From Lophium mytilinum (lineage: Eukaryota), in contig MU004183.1 of assembly GCA_010093605.1 (NCBI GenBank), forward strand, positions 248,001 to 312,000: a DNA stretch of 64,000 nt, written 5' to 3'. Made by a program: the position numbers and the translations under genes. The notes under the pieces were generated by a model that saw only the letters and a program-made list of their open reading frames with translations, did no database searches and was not told the DNA's origin. Numbering within the stretch: the stretch's first letter is position 1; every line of letters starts with the position of its first letter. This document shows, in pieces, positions 35,311 to 47,229 of the stretch.

Positions 35311-36207
35311 GATGAGGGTGGTATTGTCGTGTATGCGGTTTGTTGTTTGCTGCCTACCTTGTGTGGTGTTGTGTTGTGATCCATCGCCAGCGAAGTGCGG
35401 GCTGTTGGGGGGCTATTGTTAGATTCTCGTTCTGGAACTTCAGGTGGGTATCATGGTTTGGTTCAGTGATGCTCGGCCAATGATATAGTTGCGATAGAGA
35501 TGTTGGACACTACTGAAATCTGTCACTCGAGCAATGGTGTGATGTAGTCCGAAGTGCAATGGTCTTAGTGACAGTCGGCGTATCCAAGTCGAATGACCAA
35601 TGGCGGCTGTGTGAATTGAGGTCTCTCTCTATGTCAGAGATTGCAAATATCCAACACACTTGATCGTTGCAGTGTTGGATGAGAAAGCACGCCCCGCCTG
35701 AGGATTAAGGGGATTGGAAAATAAGCGACATCATATGCTCCAGCATAGAGCAAAGAACCTCATTGTGGTCGAAGTTAGCTTCCAGATTTGAGGTCATGTG
35801 ATCTACCGCGAAAAGGAGCTTCCAAGTATAGCAAGATGCAGTCACACGAGTAGCACTACTTTGCAGCTGCGTTCTTAATGTGTGAAGTATGTAATGCATG
35901 GGTATCGACATGTGACTACGATCGAAAGCCATTGAATACATAGACTATCCTCCTCTAGAGCTTGACCAACTACCATCTTCGACGCACATTAGACACACCA
36001 ATGTCAGTAGCTACCCTCTCTAGCAGATCTTGTAGCCTAGCTCTTCGTCAAGAACAATGACGAGGAGGTGAGGACAGCCCGTACTACAATGCTCGCTCGT
36101 AAATTCTCCGCCTCGTGTGTCGCGTGACAGTCGCTCGCTCAATTAAACGCTCAACCACACCACAGAAACACGATTGAAATCAGTAGGAAAGGAGAGGAGA
36201 CAGGCAA

Positions 36208-37855
36208 TTAAGCCTTCTCGTCCTCGTGGATTGTCTTGGTGGGAATCACGTCCTCGATCGTCTCGTCGGTGAAGGCGAGATCCTTCTCAAGAGCGGTGGT
36301 GTTTTCGACCTTCCAGAGAATGACGGGGATTGCGCAAAGCAAGCTGCCAACAAGGAGACCCCAGTTGGAAGCGTACATGGCCGTGTATGAGACTCCGTGG
36401 TCGTCCATAGCCCAGGTGATGGCGCCGCCAGCGGACTGGATGCCCTTGTAGAAACCGGCAAAGTTGGCAAGCTTTCGCGAGTTGTTGGTGAGAGCGCCCA
36501 TGAACCTGGAAAGTATTAGTCTCGTGTCAAAAGTGAAAATCAGATAGTAGGGGGGAAGACTCACCAGTAGACAGATGTCTGCCACGCAGCGTCAATGAAG
36601 CCGTAGAACATGTAGAGGAACATGGGGCCAATGTAGCCACTGTCTTCCCAGTCCTTGGTCTTGAAGGTCAGGTTGCCGTCGGCATCAGTCGCGCTGGTGT
36701 CCGCGCGGGTGTAGGTCTTCTGGAAAGCGTAGCCTCCGCCCCAAATAGCCATGATGATGACGAACAGAGCGACTATGCCGCCCTTGGCACGAGCGCGGCG
36801 GCTAAACCTTTCCATGTCAAGAGCATAGCCGAAAACGAAAGCACCGACGATCTGCATCGAGTAGTACAGGACGCTGTTCAAGGCCCTCGTGCGGGTGTTG
36901 TAGTAGGCGCCGTTGATGTCGTTGAAGTGGTAGGCGTAGAACCAGTTGGAGGCAAGGAACATGGGGAACAGCGCAATGATGTAGGGGTCGGTCTGGAAAG
37001 TCTCCCAGAGACCGAGCAGCTCAGACTTCCACGACGGGTGCTTCATGACGATGACCTTGGAGCCGTCATCGCGAATAACGTCCTTGGCATTGACCAAGCA
37101 GAGCGACAAACCGGCACCAATCAGAGTCAGGACAAGGAATCCAATGTAGGTGCCATCGGAGACAGAGCTATTAGTCTTGGTATGGATATTCTGGCCAAGA
37201 GGGATCTGTGCACCAGTCAGTACCCGCAATCGTGCAGAATCTGGGTAAAACGTACCAAGCCACCAATCACAGCGCCCAGGTTGAAAATCATCCAGAACCA
37301 CGAAATGTAGCGGCCCTTGGATTTCTCTGGGGGATAGGACATCATGATGGCGCCCTGCGCGCACCACAAGATACCGGCGCACACGCCAAGATAAGCACCG
37401 GTAAAGATGGAGTATCCGGTGGTGTGGTGATGCTTGTAGGCGAGGTACGAGGAGGTGTACAAGGCATAGCCAGTACCGCCAAAAGACAGGGCAATCCGGA
37501 TTCCGAGCTTGTTGGTGAAGGTGCCGGCGAAGAAACCGACAACGGCGAAAGTCGAGTACAGGGCAACATTGGTCTTGTCACCAACGGACTTGTCGACCAA
37601 GCCACCGCCGCCCATACCGTTCAGGGCGTTGAACATGCCGGGGCACATGAAGCACACGAGCGAGACGATGACCAGCTGCACGGGCGGCGAGGCATAGAAG
37701 GGGAACTTGTAGCCGAAGAGCCTGAGCTGCTTATACTTCCATGACTTGGGCGTGTGGACTACAGCAGCCTCCTCGGCGTTGTAGGTCTGCGACGACTCGG
37801 TGGGCGTGCTGGCGCTGTGCTCGTGGGCAGCGGCCGTCTTCTCGGGCTGATCCAT
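36208..37855 (-). CDS. NGT1: UNC-93/DUF895-type MFS transporter, N-acetylglucosamine transporter
   Basis: Exons 37855-37256, 37205-36565, 36505-36208. Motifs VCFMCPGMFNALNGMGGGG, WCAQGAIMMSYP, FNLGAVIGG, GFYKGIQSAG, with multiple hydrophobic helices. Ngt1/NOPE1 belong to this family, and the gene is divergent from NAG1. Confidence 0.88.
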
Positions 37856-38548
37856 TGCGGCAGATGGTGGTGAGGGGGGCAACGCGCAATTGCTGGTGCT
37901 GGTGGAGATGCAGAGGGCCGTCAACCAGGGCGGCGGGAGAGGTGGAGCTCTGGGGTGGAGTGGACCGTGGTGTTGAGGTTGGTGAACCAGAAACAAAAGG
38001 CCAGCAGGAGCGGCATGCCGGATTCTATTATAGCAGCTGCGGCCCAGGGTCCGGCTCACGACCACCCTACTATTCGACCCTCCCACTCTCACCTCCTCCT
38101 TTCGCAGCGCACCCGTTTGCTGCACGCGACACCGTGGGACGCCTCCGATCCATGCCCGGCAGCCCTCATCAGCGTGAATCCTTTGGCTCCCATCTGCACC
38201 CTGAGCTCCACGACGCTGCCGAACGACAGCGACGCAGCGCCCCGGTTGGCCTGTCCGGGGCTGCTTATCGTCGCCCCGCCACGCCGCCACCGAGTCCCGT
38301 GAATGGCCCACTCGGCGCCGCTTGCGTGCATGCGGTAGTGAAAGGCTGGAGAAAGGGTGAGGCGTGCAGCGATCCCTGGTCGGCTTCCCGCCCAGCTGCA
38401 ACGGTTGGCCTGCGGTTGGTCTGCGCCCAGTCCGCCGTGGATGTAACCTCATCTGCTGCCACTCACTGCCACTGCTCTACTATCGTGATGTGCACCAGCA
38501 TCGTTCCCCCGCCGCTGGCAGGCTGCTATCAGTTGACATCGACTTCGA

Positions 38549-38645
38549 GATAGCTGCGTCGCAGTCCTATACACGCCGCCTCGCGCTTGATAGTCGCGTC
38601 GCAGCGCGGTGGTGCTGTCGAGCAGCCACCGAGATAGTCGCGTTG
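38549..38645 (+). promoter_or_regulatory. Triple GATAGYYGCGTYG motif in the NGT1/NAG1 bidirectional promoter
   Basis: GATAGCTGCGTCGC (38549), GATAGTCGCGTCGC (38589), GATAGTCGCGTTG (38633). A regulatory function is inferred. Confidence 0.5.
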
Positions 38646-39036
38646 TAGCACACCGTCGACTGGATAGAGGGGCCAGAGGCGCCAGAGGTAGGTATGCCGT
38701 GACCACAGCATGAGCTCCCGGATCGGCTTTGTGAGGAGTCGTTGGTCGGCCCATGGCTGCTCGCGGCGACGTGGTCGCGTAACACAGCGATGATACCAGC
38801 ACACGCCGCTCCAGTGCTTCCCCAACGGCAAACGGCGTGGCCAATTCACTGAGCGGTTTGCCTTGTGACGGTGGAGAATTGCGGAGAGTGTGACGTGAGC
38901 ACCAGTGCATGTCTCGCCGTAAATACAGCCCAGTGGCCAAGCTAAACTCTCAAACTCACAAAACAGCAGCCAAAAAGCCAGAACAAGGACTATTCGGCCT
39001 CACCTTACCTACTTCCTCCATCCAACAACCGCCACA

Positions 39037-40406
39037 ATGTAGGTCGTCGCCCTGGCAGAGTGTGGCGCATGCTGACGCCCTGCAGGAGACTAATCATCAG
39101 AGAGGACCCGCAGACCGCATCCAAGTATATCGCTGACTATATTATCGGTTCGTGTTGCCTGTAAGCTGCCGTTTGAGCCGCGGCTGACAGCAGACAGAGC
39201 GTATCAAAGCCTTTGACCCCTCGCCAGAGAAGCCCTTCGTGTTGGGTCTGCCAACGGGCAGCAGCCCCGTGCATGTATACAAGTTCCTCGTCCAGCGATA
39301 CAAGGCCGGCGACATCTCGTTCCGCGATGTCGTTACCTTCAACATGGTAAGCCGTCGCACCTGTCTCAGATCCTGCAGCTTCGCGCCGCGAACTTCGCCG
39401 CCCTTGTTCGCGGCACAGCATGTAGGAATGTGACTAACATGGCCAGGACGAGTATGTTGGAATCCCGCGGGACCATCCCGAGAGCTACCACAGCTTCATG
39501 TACAAGCACTTCTTCTCCCATGTCGACGTCGATCCGGCCAATATCAACATCCTGAACGGAAACGCCCCCGATCTGGAGGCCGAGTGCATTGCGTACGAGG
39601 AGAAGATCAAGAAGGCTGGCGGCATTGAGCTCTTCCTTGGGGGGATTGGCCCAGATGGTCACATTGCGTTCAACGAGCCTGGCTCGAGTCTCAAGTCTAG
39701 AACCCGCGTCAAGACCCTTGCCTACGACACCATCATTGCCAACTCCCGATTCTTCAACAATGATTTGACTCAGGTCCCAAGAATGGCACTAACGGTGGGA
39801 GTGCAGACTGTATTGGATGTATGTATCGAACCACTTCTGGAACATCAACCCACTAACACACGAGCCAGGCACGAGAGGTCGTCATCATCATCACTGGTGC
39901 CCACAAGGCACTTGCTCTACAAAAGTGCGTCGAGGCCGGTGTCAACCACATGTGGACGCTGTCAAGCCTCCAGCTGCACCCGCACCCGATGATCGTCGTC
40001 GACGAGGACGCAACTCTAGAGCTGCAGGTCAAGACAGTCAAGGTGGGTAGTGTCTGTCGTGTAACACGCCAAGACGGCAGCTGACAGTGTGTAGTATTTC
40101 AAGAGTATTGAAATGGTAGCCAATGAGCTCGGCTTCCAGCAGATGCTGCCGTGCGCCGCCAAACATGCCGCCATCGTCGAGGAAATCCACAGCCCCAAGA
40201 GCCCCAAGAGCCCTGTGGGCAAGACCAACGGAGACGCTCTCATGCCACCAAAGCCTGAGGTTGTTCGTGCCGTCACTCCCGACCTTGTGCCCGATCGGAT
40301 GGGCTCGCGTATCCCGGCAGAAGCTACTACGTTGCTCCAAGGCATTGAGAATGAGGATACGCCGTTCCTGCGAATGGGTGCCAGGGTGGCCCCGCTAAGT
40401 GGTTAA
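39037..40406 (+). CDS. NAG1: Glucosamine-6-phosphate deaminase/isomerase, 6 exons, start codon split by intron 1
   Basis: Exons 39037-39038, 39086-39147, 39198-39346, 39447-39818, 39869-40042, 40095-40406 give 356 aa. Motifs [43 protein letters not shown]. Confidence 0.96.
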
Positions 40407-40992
40407 ACCAGGCAGGTATCAGACGACTGACAAAAGCGTGCGGGGAAACGGACTGCAAATAGCGTGGCCGTGTTTGCTGCATTCTTGAGGATCGATTTGG
40501 TTCCGACATCTGGTATGCCCAGGGTCGTGCATGTACTCTAGAATGATTTGATTTTGGAACGGAGTTTGAATCGGGCATACCTAGGGGTTCCTGCATAACA
40601 GTCGCTTACCGACTTAAAAATGATTTGACGAGACTATCAATATGGCTTTGCCATATGTATATAAGACTACCAGTCAATTCGTGCACGTAGTTGCACTTGT
40701 AAATATCAATTATCAATATCCGTATATACCTCATTGTGATAAGGGGTTTGCTTTGCGTGTGTGTTTCTACCTTTGTAAGATCTGCTAGTGCAATCATCTT
40801 TCCCTTTCCATTGTCAAAGAAGTCACGAAGCAGCAGCGAAGAGAAAGCGAATGCGAGTCAGGGATGCAGGGGGTAGACCCTGAGAAAGCACGCACTGCCA
40901 GCGATGTCGGAGAATAGACCCTTCCCCGAACCATCTCCAGCAGATAACGGCTCTCCATAATACCTATACTAACAACATCACATCCTCCTAAA

Positions 40993-42030
40993 ATGTCTAC
41001 CACCGCAGAGACCCCGACTGCTGAAGCTGTCCCAGCTCCAGAGATTACCAAAGAAGTAGCGCCATTAGAAACGCCAGCACCCACGACCGAAGCAACAACA
41101 ACAACAACAACTGAACCACCATCTACAACTGCACCCGCGGAGTCAGCACCAGCAGAGACGACGCCTGCCATAACATCACCAGAATCAACAACAGGACCAA
41201 CATGGCCCGAGACGCCTGCAGACCACCCACTCTCTCAGCTCTTCGCCCAGCTCCCCGAGATCCTCAAGGAGACTGACTACGATGAAGTCTACGGCATTCA
41301 GCTCGACCCCACCACGAACCCCTTCCTCACCAAGCTCATCCTCCAAAAGTTCCTCCGCGCCAACGCCAACGACCTCCCAAAAGCCACCCACCAGCTGACA
41401 GAGACACTCAAATGGCGAAAGACATACCAGCCCCTCAAGGCGGTGGACGAAATCTTCGAATCCAAGCGCTTCGCAGGCCTTGGCTATGTGATGACCCTCG
41501 AGAATGTCCCCACAAGCTCCAAAGCCACTGATATTGCGACTTTCAACATCTACGGCGCCGTCAAGGATAACGCTAGCACTTTCGGAGACTTGGACGCTTT
41601 TATACGCTGGCGGGTGGCTCTGATGGAGCTGGGACTGAAGAAGCTCGAGCTGGAGAAGGCGACGGTGCCGATTCCAGACTTCGGACAGGGAGCGGACCCG
41701 TATATGGGCTATCAGATCCACGACTATCTCAGCGTGAGCTTCCTTCGACAGGATCCGTTGGTCAAGACAGCGTCGAAGAAGACGATCGAGACGCTATCGG
41801 CTTATTACCCGGAGACGCTGAGCCGGAAGTTCTTCGTCAATGTGCCGTTGATCATGGGATGGGTGTTCACCGCGGTGAAGCTGATCGTGTCGAAAGAGAC
41901 AGTCAAGAAGTTCACGGTGCTGAGTTACGGCGAGCACTTGGCTGCAGAGCTAGGCCCTGAGATCCCGGAGGTCTATGGAGGCAAGGCTGCGGGCTTGGAT
42001 ACCATTGCTGAGCAGTTGAAGTTCGAGTAG
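40993..42030 (+). CDS. SFH5: Sec14/CRAL-TRIO phosphatidylinositol transfer protein Sfh5
   Basis: Single ORF with a Thr/Pro/Glu-rich N-terminus. Motifs LILQKFLRAN, FIRWRVALME, QIHDYLSVSFLR, YYPETLSRKFFVNVP. Confidence 0.92.
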   Translation: MSTTAETPTAEAVPAPEITKEVAPLETPAPTTEATTTTTTEPPSTTAPAESAPAETTPAITSPESTTGPTWPETPADHPLSQLFAQLPEILKETDYDEVYGIQLDPTTNPFLTKLILQKFLRANANDLPKATHQLTETLKWRKTYQPLKAVDEIFESKRFAGLGYVMTLENVPTSSKATDIATFNIYGAVKDNASTFGDLDAFIRWRVALMELGLKKLELEKATVPIPDFGQGADPYMGYQIHDYLSVSFLRQDPLVKTASKKTIETLSAYYPETLSRKFFVNVPLIMGWVFTAVKLIVSKETVKKFTVLSYGEHLAAELGPEIPEVYGGKAAGLDTIAEQLKFE

Positions 42031-43068
42031 ATGTGGCCCGACAGCTTGCAACGAGGTTGGTTGATGCTTGGTTGGCCACGGAAGCGATTATAGCACGGTC
42101 ATTATTATGACTACAGAGGTAATACGGTTGTTCATCCCTCTTAATACATCTTAATACACAAATCCTCTCTCAACGAAACACTCTATGTCGCACATGCCCT
42201 CTAGTCGCGTGTTCTCTTTCCTCACCGTGCTGTGCTAGTGCCAATCAGCAATCAGGATGAAGGTAGGACCAAGGCCAGCCCTATAGATGTTCAAGTATCG
42301 ACCCTCGAGGGACTGCAGGGCGCACATGTGCACTTTCGGCAAATGCTCTAGCTATGTAATACCCTCGTGCAACGGCATCAGTCTCACGAAGAGCGATATT
42401 TCAAAGTTCGCAAAGCACCAATCTAGCTTCAAATCGGCACAAAAAGACCCGAGATTGCCGATAAATATCACTGTAGCCGTATTGGCTCTGTTCCGATAGC
42501 ATTCCTAGAAGATAGAGCAGGGTATCTCCTACGCTATATTGACTTCAAGTCAACCTTAATACTTGCTCATTGAGGTAGACCCCAGCATACAACCTGCAGT
42601 ACGACGCTAATCCGGACACTTCTTTTCGATGCGTTATTTAGGTAGCTTACACTAATTTACTTAGAGATCGGGGGCAGAAGCTCGAGACTACCGTGCAGAT
42701 TCACGTAAAGTCCGGTCTACGATAGAGTACGCAGCCCATGCAGTACCATCAGGACCCGGCGTCAGCACATGAATTTACAAGCCAAGTGTCAGAGGGCTGG
42801 CCAGAGACAATGTACTGATTCTTTTTGGTCTTGGAAACGTTTTCGACGCGAAGACTACAAGCGCATGCAGCGTCTTTTATCAATTTGGCTTACACGGTTA
42901 ATCATTCATGTCTTCACGACTAATGTTCGTCACGATTTGCTCGCACTTTACGTCATACTTGAAGTGTCTACACAGCTTGGACGTTTTTTGTGGAATAGTG
43001 TACTTGTCATTCCTGTTCCTAGGCCTCCAGGTCTTGATCTTCCTCCCAGTTTACGAACTAATTTCACT

Positions 43069-44670
43069 TCACCCAGTCTTGGGGCGGTGTGTCGCCCAGC
43101 CGTCGTCAGGTATATCATCAGAGTCGTAGTCGCTGTCGTGCCAGGTCGGCCAATACTCCTCTCCTGGCTCTGACGTCGGGTTACTAGCGGAGTCGGAATG
43201 TTGATCATACCAGTCGCTATCCTCGCTATCACTATCATAGCTCAAGTCCTCGAAACGCTGGTCTTCTCGGTTGTAGGCCAGTCCGATTTCATCTCTCTCT
43301 GTGAATCCCCACCTTGCAAGGGTCTTGCTCTTCCAAATCAGCGGATCAGCTTCGGAAACTCTTCCCCCGAACTCGATTTCCCAAAAGTGATCTTCGTGCT
43401 CTTTTTCAAGGGTGAGGTAACCAACTTTGACCGTTGGAGGCCAAATAATAGGCCCGTGATAGGGACATAAGCATGAGACAATTGCATCATGGACTAGGAA
43501 ATCGAAATCGGGACAATCCTCGTGTGCGGGACCTTGAGGGAGATTGACCTCCATGAAATCGAGTAGGAGATCATTGGTGCTAATTGCCAGGTGTTTGAGA
43601 TCTGGACGCTGAGGCCATACAGGTGTTCTCATTAAACCCAGGCCCCGAATGAACGACCCGAGAGCCCGTGATTCACAAGGTTCAGATGTGAGGGCAATCC
43701 TACAGCTTAGTTTCTTCTCAGATAATCGCTCAACGATATAGTGGCAGACGTCGATGAAACCTATAATGATACAGGCGCGAACACGGCTCACGTTGCTCAA
43801 TATGATCCGGTACACCTCTGTCTCAGCGTCCTCAGGCTCCTCGTCGCCTTGGCTCACAAGAGACTTTCCGTTGACTTCATAGATAGCCTCGTCGGAAGCC
43901 ATGGTGGCGGCCATGTGCCGAGTCACTGCTTCAAAGGTATATCGATACCCAAGCACCCACGACATGAAGAGCCACTCCTTGTTCCCAGGCCGCGACCCCA
44001 CCCTCTCTCCAGCTTGCACCGCGGTCGACATGAAAGGGCAAAGCCACCTTCGCAGGAAAGGCCTCATTAAGTCGATCGTGTCAGATTCGAAGCAGAAAAG
44101 GAACGCCCCCCAGATATCATCGAGATTGATCCAGTCTGGCACATCATAAAGCGCATGATGTGTGACACTCAACACGGCGAGTACGGCTTCCTTGGGATAT
44201 CCTTCGATCACAGGAAAGGCGACGGCGGTGTCCAGGAGGTCTTCCCAATACGGACCTATCCATCGCAGATAGTCAGACCTAACGCGTACACGTGTGTCCG
44301 TTTCGCCGCGGATTATTAGTACGAGATCGCCCTTTTCATCGAGAGTAACATCTACGTCTTTCCCATCGTTTTTCCCATCGTCTTTGCCTCTGTCAGGACT
44401 TTTGTTATCGTGATCTAAGCATGGCTCGGATTCAGGAACTTTTCCCTGGTTATCCATACTCTCGCTTGAATCGAGTGACGGCATATTTCCCACCTCTTCA
44501 ACCGCATCGACATCGCCTTCACTGGCTGAATTATCCTTCTCCTCCCCACTGAGAACCAGATCGGGTTGATGACGCTTCGGCTCAACCTCTTCACCGCTCG
44601 AGCTAGACGTAGATTCTCTCCTGCGTTTGCCGCGACCATAGCTAGCTAGCAACGTCGATACGTAGTCCAT
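43069..44670 (-). CDS. BTB-like domain protein with acidic tail; intronless paralog of 17646-19903
   Basis: First ATG at 44670 (MDYVSTLL). Motifs LDEKGDLVLII, LMRPFLRRW, EWLFMSWVLGY, NVSRVR, PVWPQRP and PLIWKSKTLARWGFTERDEIGLAY all align to the 18-kb gene. Confidence 0.8.
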   Translation of the reverse strand: MDYVSTLLASYGRGKRRRESTSSSSGEEVEPKRHQPDLVLSGEEKDNSASEGDVDAVEEVGNMPSLDSSESMDNQGKVPESEPCLDHDNKSPDRGKDDGKNDGKDVDVTLDEKGDLVLIIRGETDTRVRVRSDYLRWIGPYWEDLLDTAVAFPVIEGYPKEAVLAVLSVTHHALYDVPDWINLDDIWGAFLFCFESDTIDLMRPFLRRWLCPFMSTAVQAGERVGSRPGNKEWLFMSWVLGYRYTFEAVTRHMAATMASDEAIYEVNGKSLVSQGDEEPEDAETEVYRIILSNVSRVRACIIIGFIDVCHYIVERLSEKKLSCRIALTSEPCESRALGSFIRGLGLMRTPVWPQRPDLKHLAISTNDLLLDFMEVNLPQGPAHEDCPDFDFLVHDAIVSCLCPYHGPIIWPPTVKVGYLTLEKEHEDHFWEIEFGGRVSEADPLIWKSKTLARWGFTERDEIGLAYNREDQRFEDLSYDSDSEDSDWYDQHSDSASNPTSEPGEEYWPTWHDSDYDSDDIPDDGWATHRPKTG

Positions 44671-45301
44671 GAATGAGAACTCAAGGAAGTCAGCACAACC
44701 CAGGAGGCTCAATGCAAAAGACTTTGGGATTATAGTTTGGGGTGGGAGGAGGAGATAGTGATAAAACACTCTTATCTATGCCCTGGTGAAAGCAAACTTG
44801 GTTATTCCCGTGCATACAAGGACCAAACTGCTTCCGATGAGCTGCGATCGCGTTTGCTAGAATCGCCCAGAGGCTCGGAGGGTAGTCTCGAGCGAGTCTT
44901 TCATGCCTCAAATGATCATTTAGAAGCGTTGGCCTACAGGGGAAGGCCCCATGAGATTCCGACTATCTCATACGACGGAGACGACACGGAGTGGGGAGGA
45001 GATCGGATACAGAGGAGGCTGTCAACTCAACCTTTGAAAAGACACTAAAATATATTCAATGGGTATTCGAATGAGCTCTACCACTCCAACCGCCTCCAGA
45101 ATCAAACCAACTATCTTACACAAAACCGCCTCCAGAAACCCTAATAGCATGTCGCAAATGGAAAAGAACCAGGAGAACCCGCCCCCCTCGCTACCAGCCA
45201 AAAAATCAATCACCCCCAATATCAGTCACAATCCCAACCCCAATCCCAACCCTAACCTTTCCCAAGAAATAGAACCACAGTCCTCCATCCCCATCCGCCA
45301 C

Positions 45302-47229
45302 CTACCCCGTCACCCTCCGAATCCAAAACGCACTCTCCATCCCCGGATCCTCCCGCTCCCTCTTCTTCCACGCCCGATGCAACTTCAGCCCCACCTCATG
45401 CTCCTCCTGCTTAATCTCATCCAGCTCCTTCATGAAGTCTGCCTTCCTGACGTCGGCCTCCCGCACCTTCCTGTAGTCCGTCACGAGCGGGTTCTGGGGC
45501 TGTGTGGAATTGAGGTCCGCAATCAACCGCGCGACGTTCTGCCGCCGCACGCGTAAGTCGTCTTGCTGCGCTTCGAGCGAGGAGATGTGGTCTTGAGATT
45601 CGAGAGAAGGGGGCGGCAGGGGCAGCGCTTTCGAGCTGCGGTCGACGGTGTAGGCGGAGGACATCGAGACGACGCGGGAGGCGTGGGTGGGGGTGCCGGG
45701 TGGGAGCGGTTTGCGGGGGGTTGGGGTCGAGACGGTGGAGGCGGCGGGGACGACGGGGCGGCGGCGGTTGAGGATGGGAGAGGCAGTGGGAGCGGGTGTG
45801 GGTGTCGATGTGGCGAGGGAGGATGTCGGCATTGGGGGTGGTGGAGAGGGAGGCGGGCTGTTTTGATATGTGGTGTTGGTCGCGTAGGTGGTCCAGCTGA
45901 AGCGGCTGGTGGGGATTTTTTCGTCTTTGTTGAAGTGGGCAGAGTAGTTGCTGTCGACGGATTTGCGGTGGATCTTTGATTTTGGGAGCCCGGATGGCTG
46001 CTGTGCTGACGGGGCTTGTACAGCCAGAGGGGTTAGAGTATATGGGTTGATGCCTTGATCTTGGTGTCGGTTGCTCGGCGATACCGGACTGGGGTAAGGA
46101 TAGTTGTGCTGGTCAATTGGATACGTTGGGGATGCAGCGCTTCTTGGGGGACTATTTCTCCCGACTTTGAGAGGTACGGTCGGTTTGATGGGGTCGTCGC
46201 GCAGGTCGCCTCCGGATGAGACTTGCGACGTATCAGCCCCCATTGGTATCCTCCGTACGGTCTCCGCAGCCGAGGATGGAGTACTCCGACCAGATTCATC
46301 TGCTATTCCAGGGCTCGGTTTTCGATGATCGCGAGGAGGTATTGTAAGAGGATGTTTTGTGCGTTTGTCCGCCAGCGGTGGCACGATCGCTGCTCGCCCA
46401 CTTGCGCCTCGCCACTCCTCCCGCGGCTTCGTCTCAACACTCAAGGGGTTCGATGCGAATCGCGAGGTGTTTTGCCTTCTGGAATTGCCAGCCCCGCCGG
46501 TTACTGATACGTGATAGCCCATGGGTGGGTCGGCAGATGGATGATCATACGCAAAATGGCCTGGGACGACCTGCGCGGGCTTTCCAGCATAACTTGACGT
46601 CGGTTCGCCTGTTAACTCATCCCAGCGCGTGGTATCAGAGGCGGTCCGGCCTCGTCCAATATTGGACATTGGCTGTTTTCCCCGGCCGGTAGTCGCTTTC
46701 CGTAAAACTGGAATATGGCTTCCTCGAGGCTGAGTCTTGCGATCTAAACCGTCGTCGCGTACTGGAGAGATATCTCGACTCGCAGGTAATCCATGAGGCT
46801 GCAGACCGAAGCCCATTTCAGGAGAGCTGGGTGGCGAGACATCCGAATATTTAGCAGGTGGGTTGTTTTCCGACCAGTCGTAATTCATTTCAGGCGAAGG
46901 CTGTGAGTATACAGATGAAGCTGTGGGCGCACTAGAATACCGATTGTTGCGCGAGCTATTGGGCGCTAAGTTTTGGCTATTATTCGTTAGAGGGTCTATC
47001 TATGTTACTCAAGCCTTACAACTTACAAAGGTAGTGATGGAAGTTGTGTGGCGACATCGCCGCCCCCATAATTAGGTTGTAGATGTTGCGGCGAAGTCGG
47101 ACTGTTGAGGTCGGCGACATGTGCGAAACCATCGAGGGACTTCTCGTCGTAGGTGGTCTCGATCAAGACAGGGTTCCCGATCTGCTTCGCCGGCTTCTCC
47201 CTCACATGGCCCTGTAACCTTTTCCACAT
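45302..47229 (-). CDS. Conserved fungal hypothetical protein, Pro/Ser-rich with a C-terminal coiled coil
   Basis: Exons 47229-47027 and 46976-45302. Conserved-looking blocks RWDELTGEPT, EWRGASGR, SRFSWTT, EEHEVGLKLHRAWKKR...FWIRRVTG. Confidence 0.8.

Noticed and set aside
33356..35400. Many overlapping 60-180-aa ORFs upstream of hxk3
   Set aside because: They occur in all frames of GC-rich, repetitive DNA with no recognisable motifs, consistent with chance ORFs.
37856..38452. About 200-aa in-frame N-terminal extension of NGT1 in the ORF track
   Set aside because: It uses a non-ATG start in GC-rich, stop-poor promoter DNA and has low-information sequence. The ATG at 37855 gives a normal-sized transporter.
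45230..45260. Interstitial telomeric repeat
   Set aside because: It is a degenerate CCCAAT/CCCAAC run with only one CCCTAA unit, lying in a 3' UTR.
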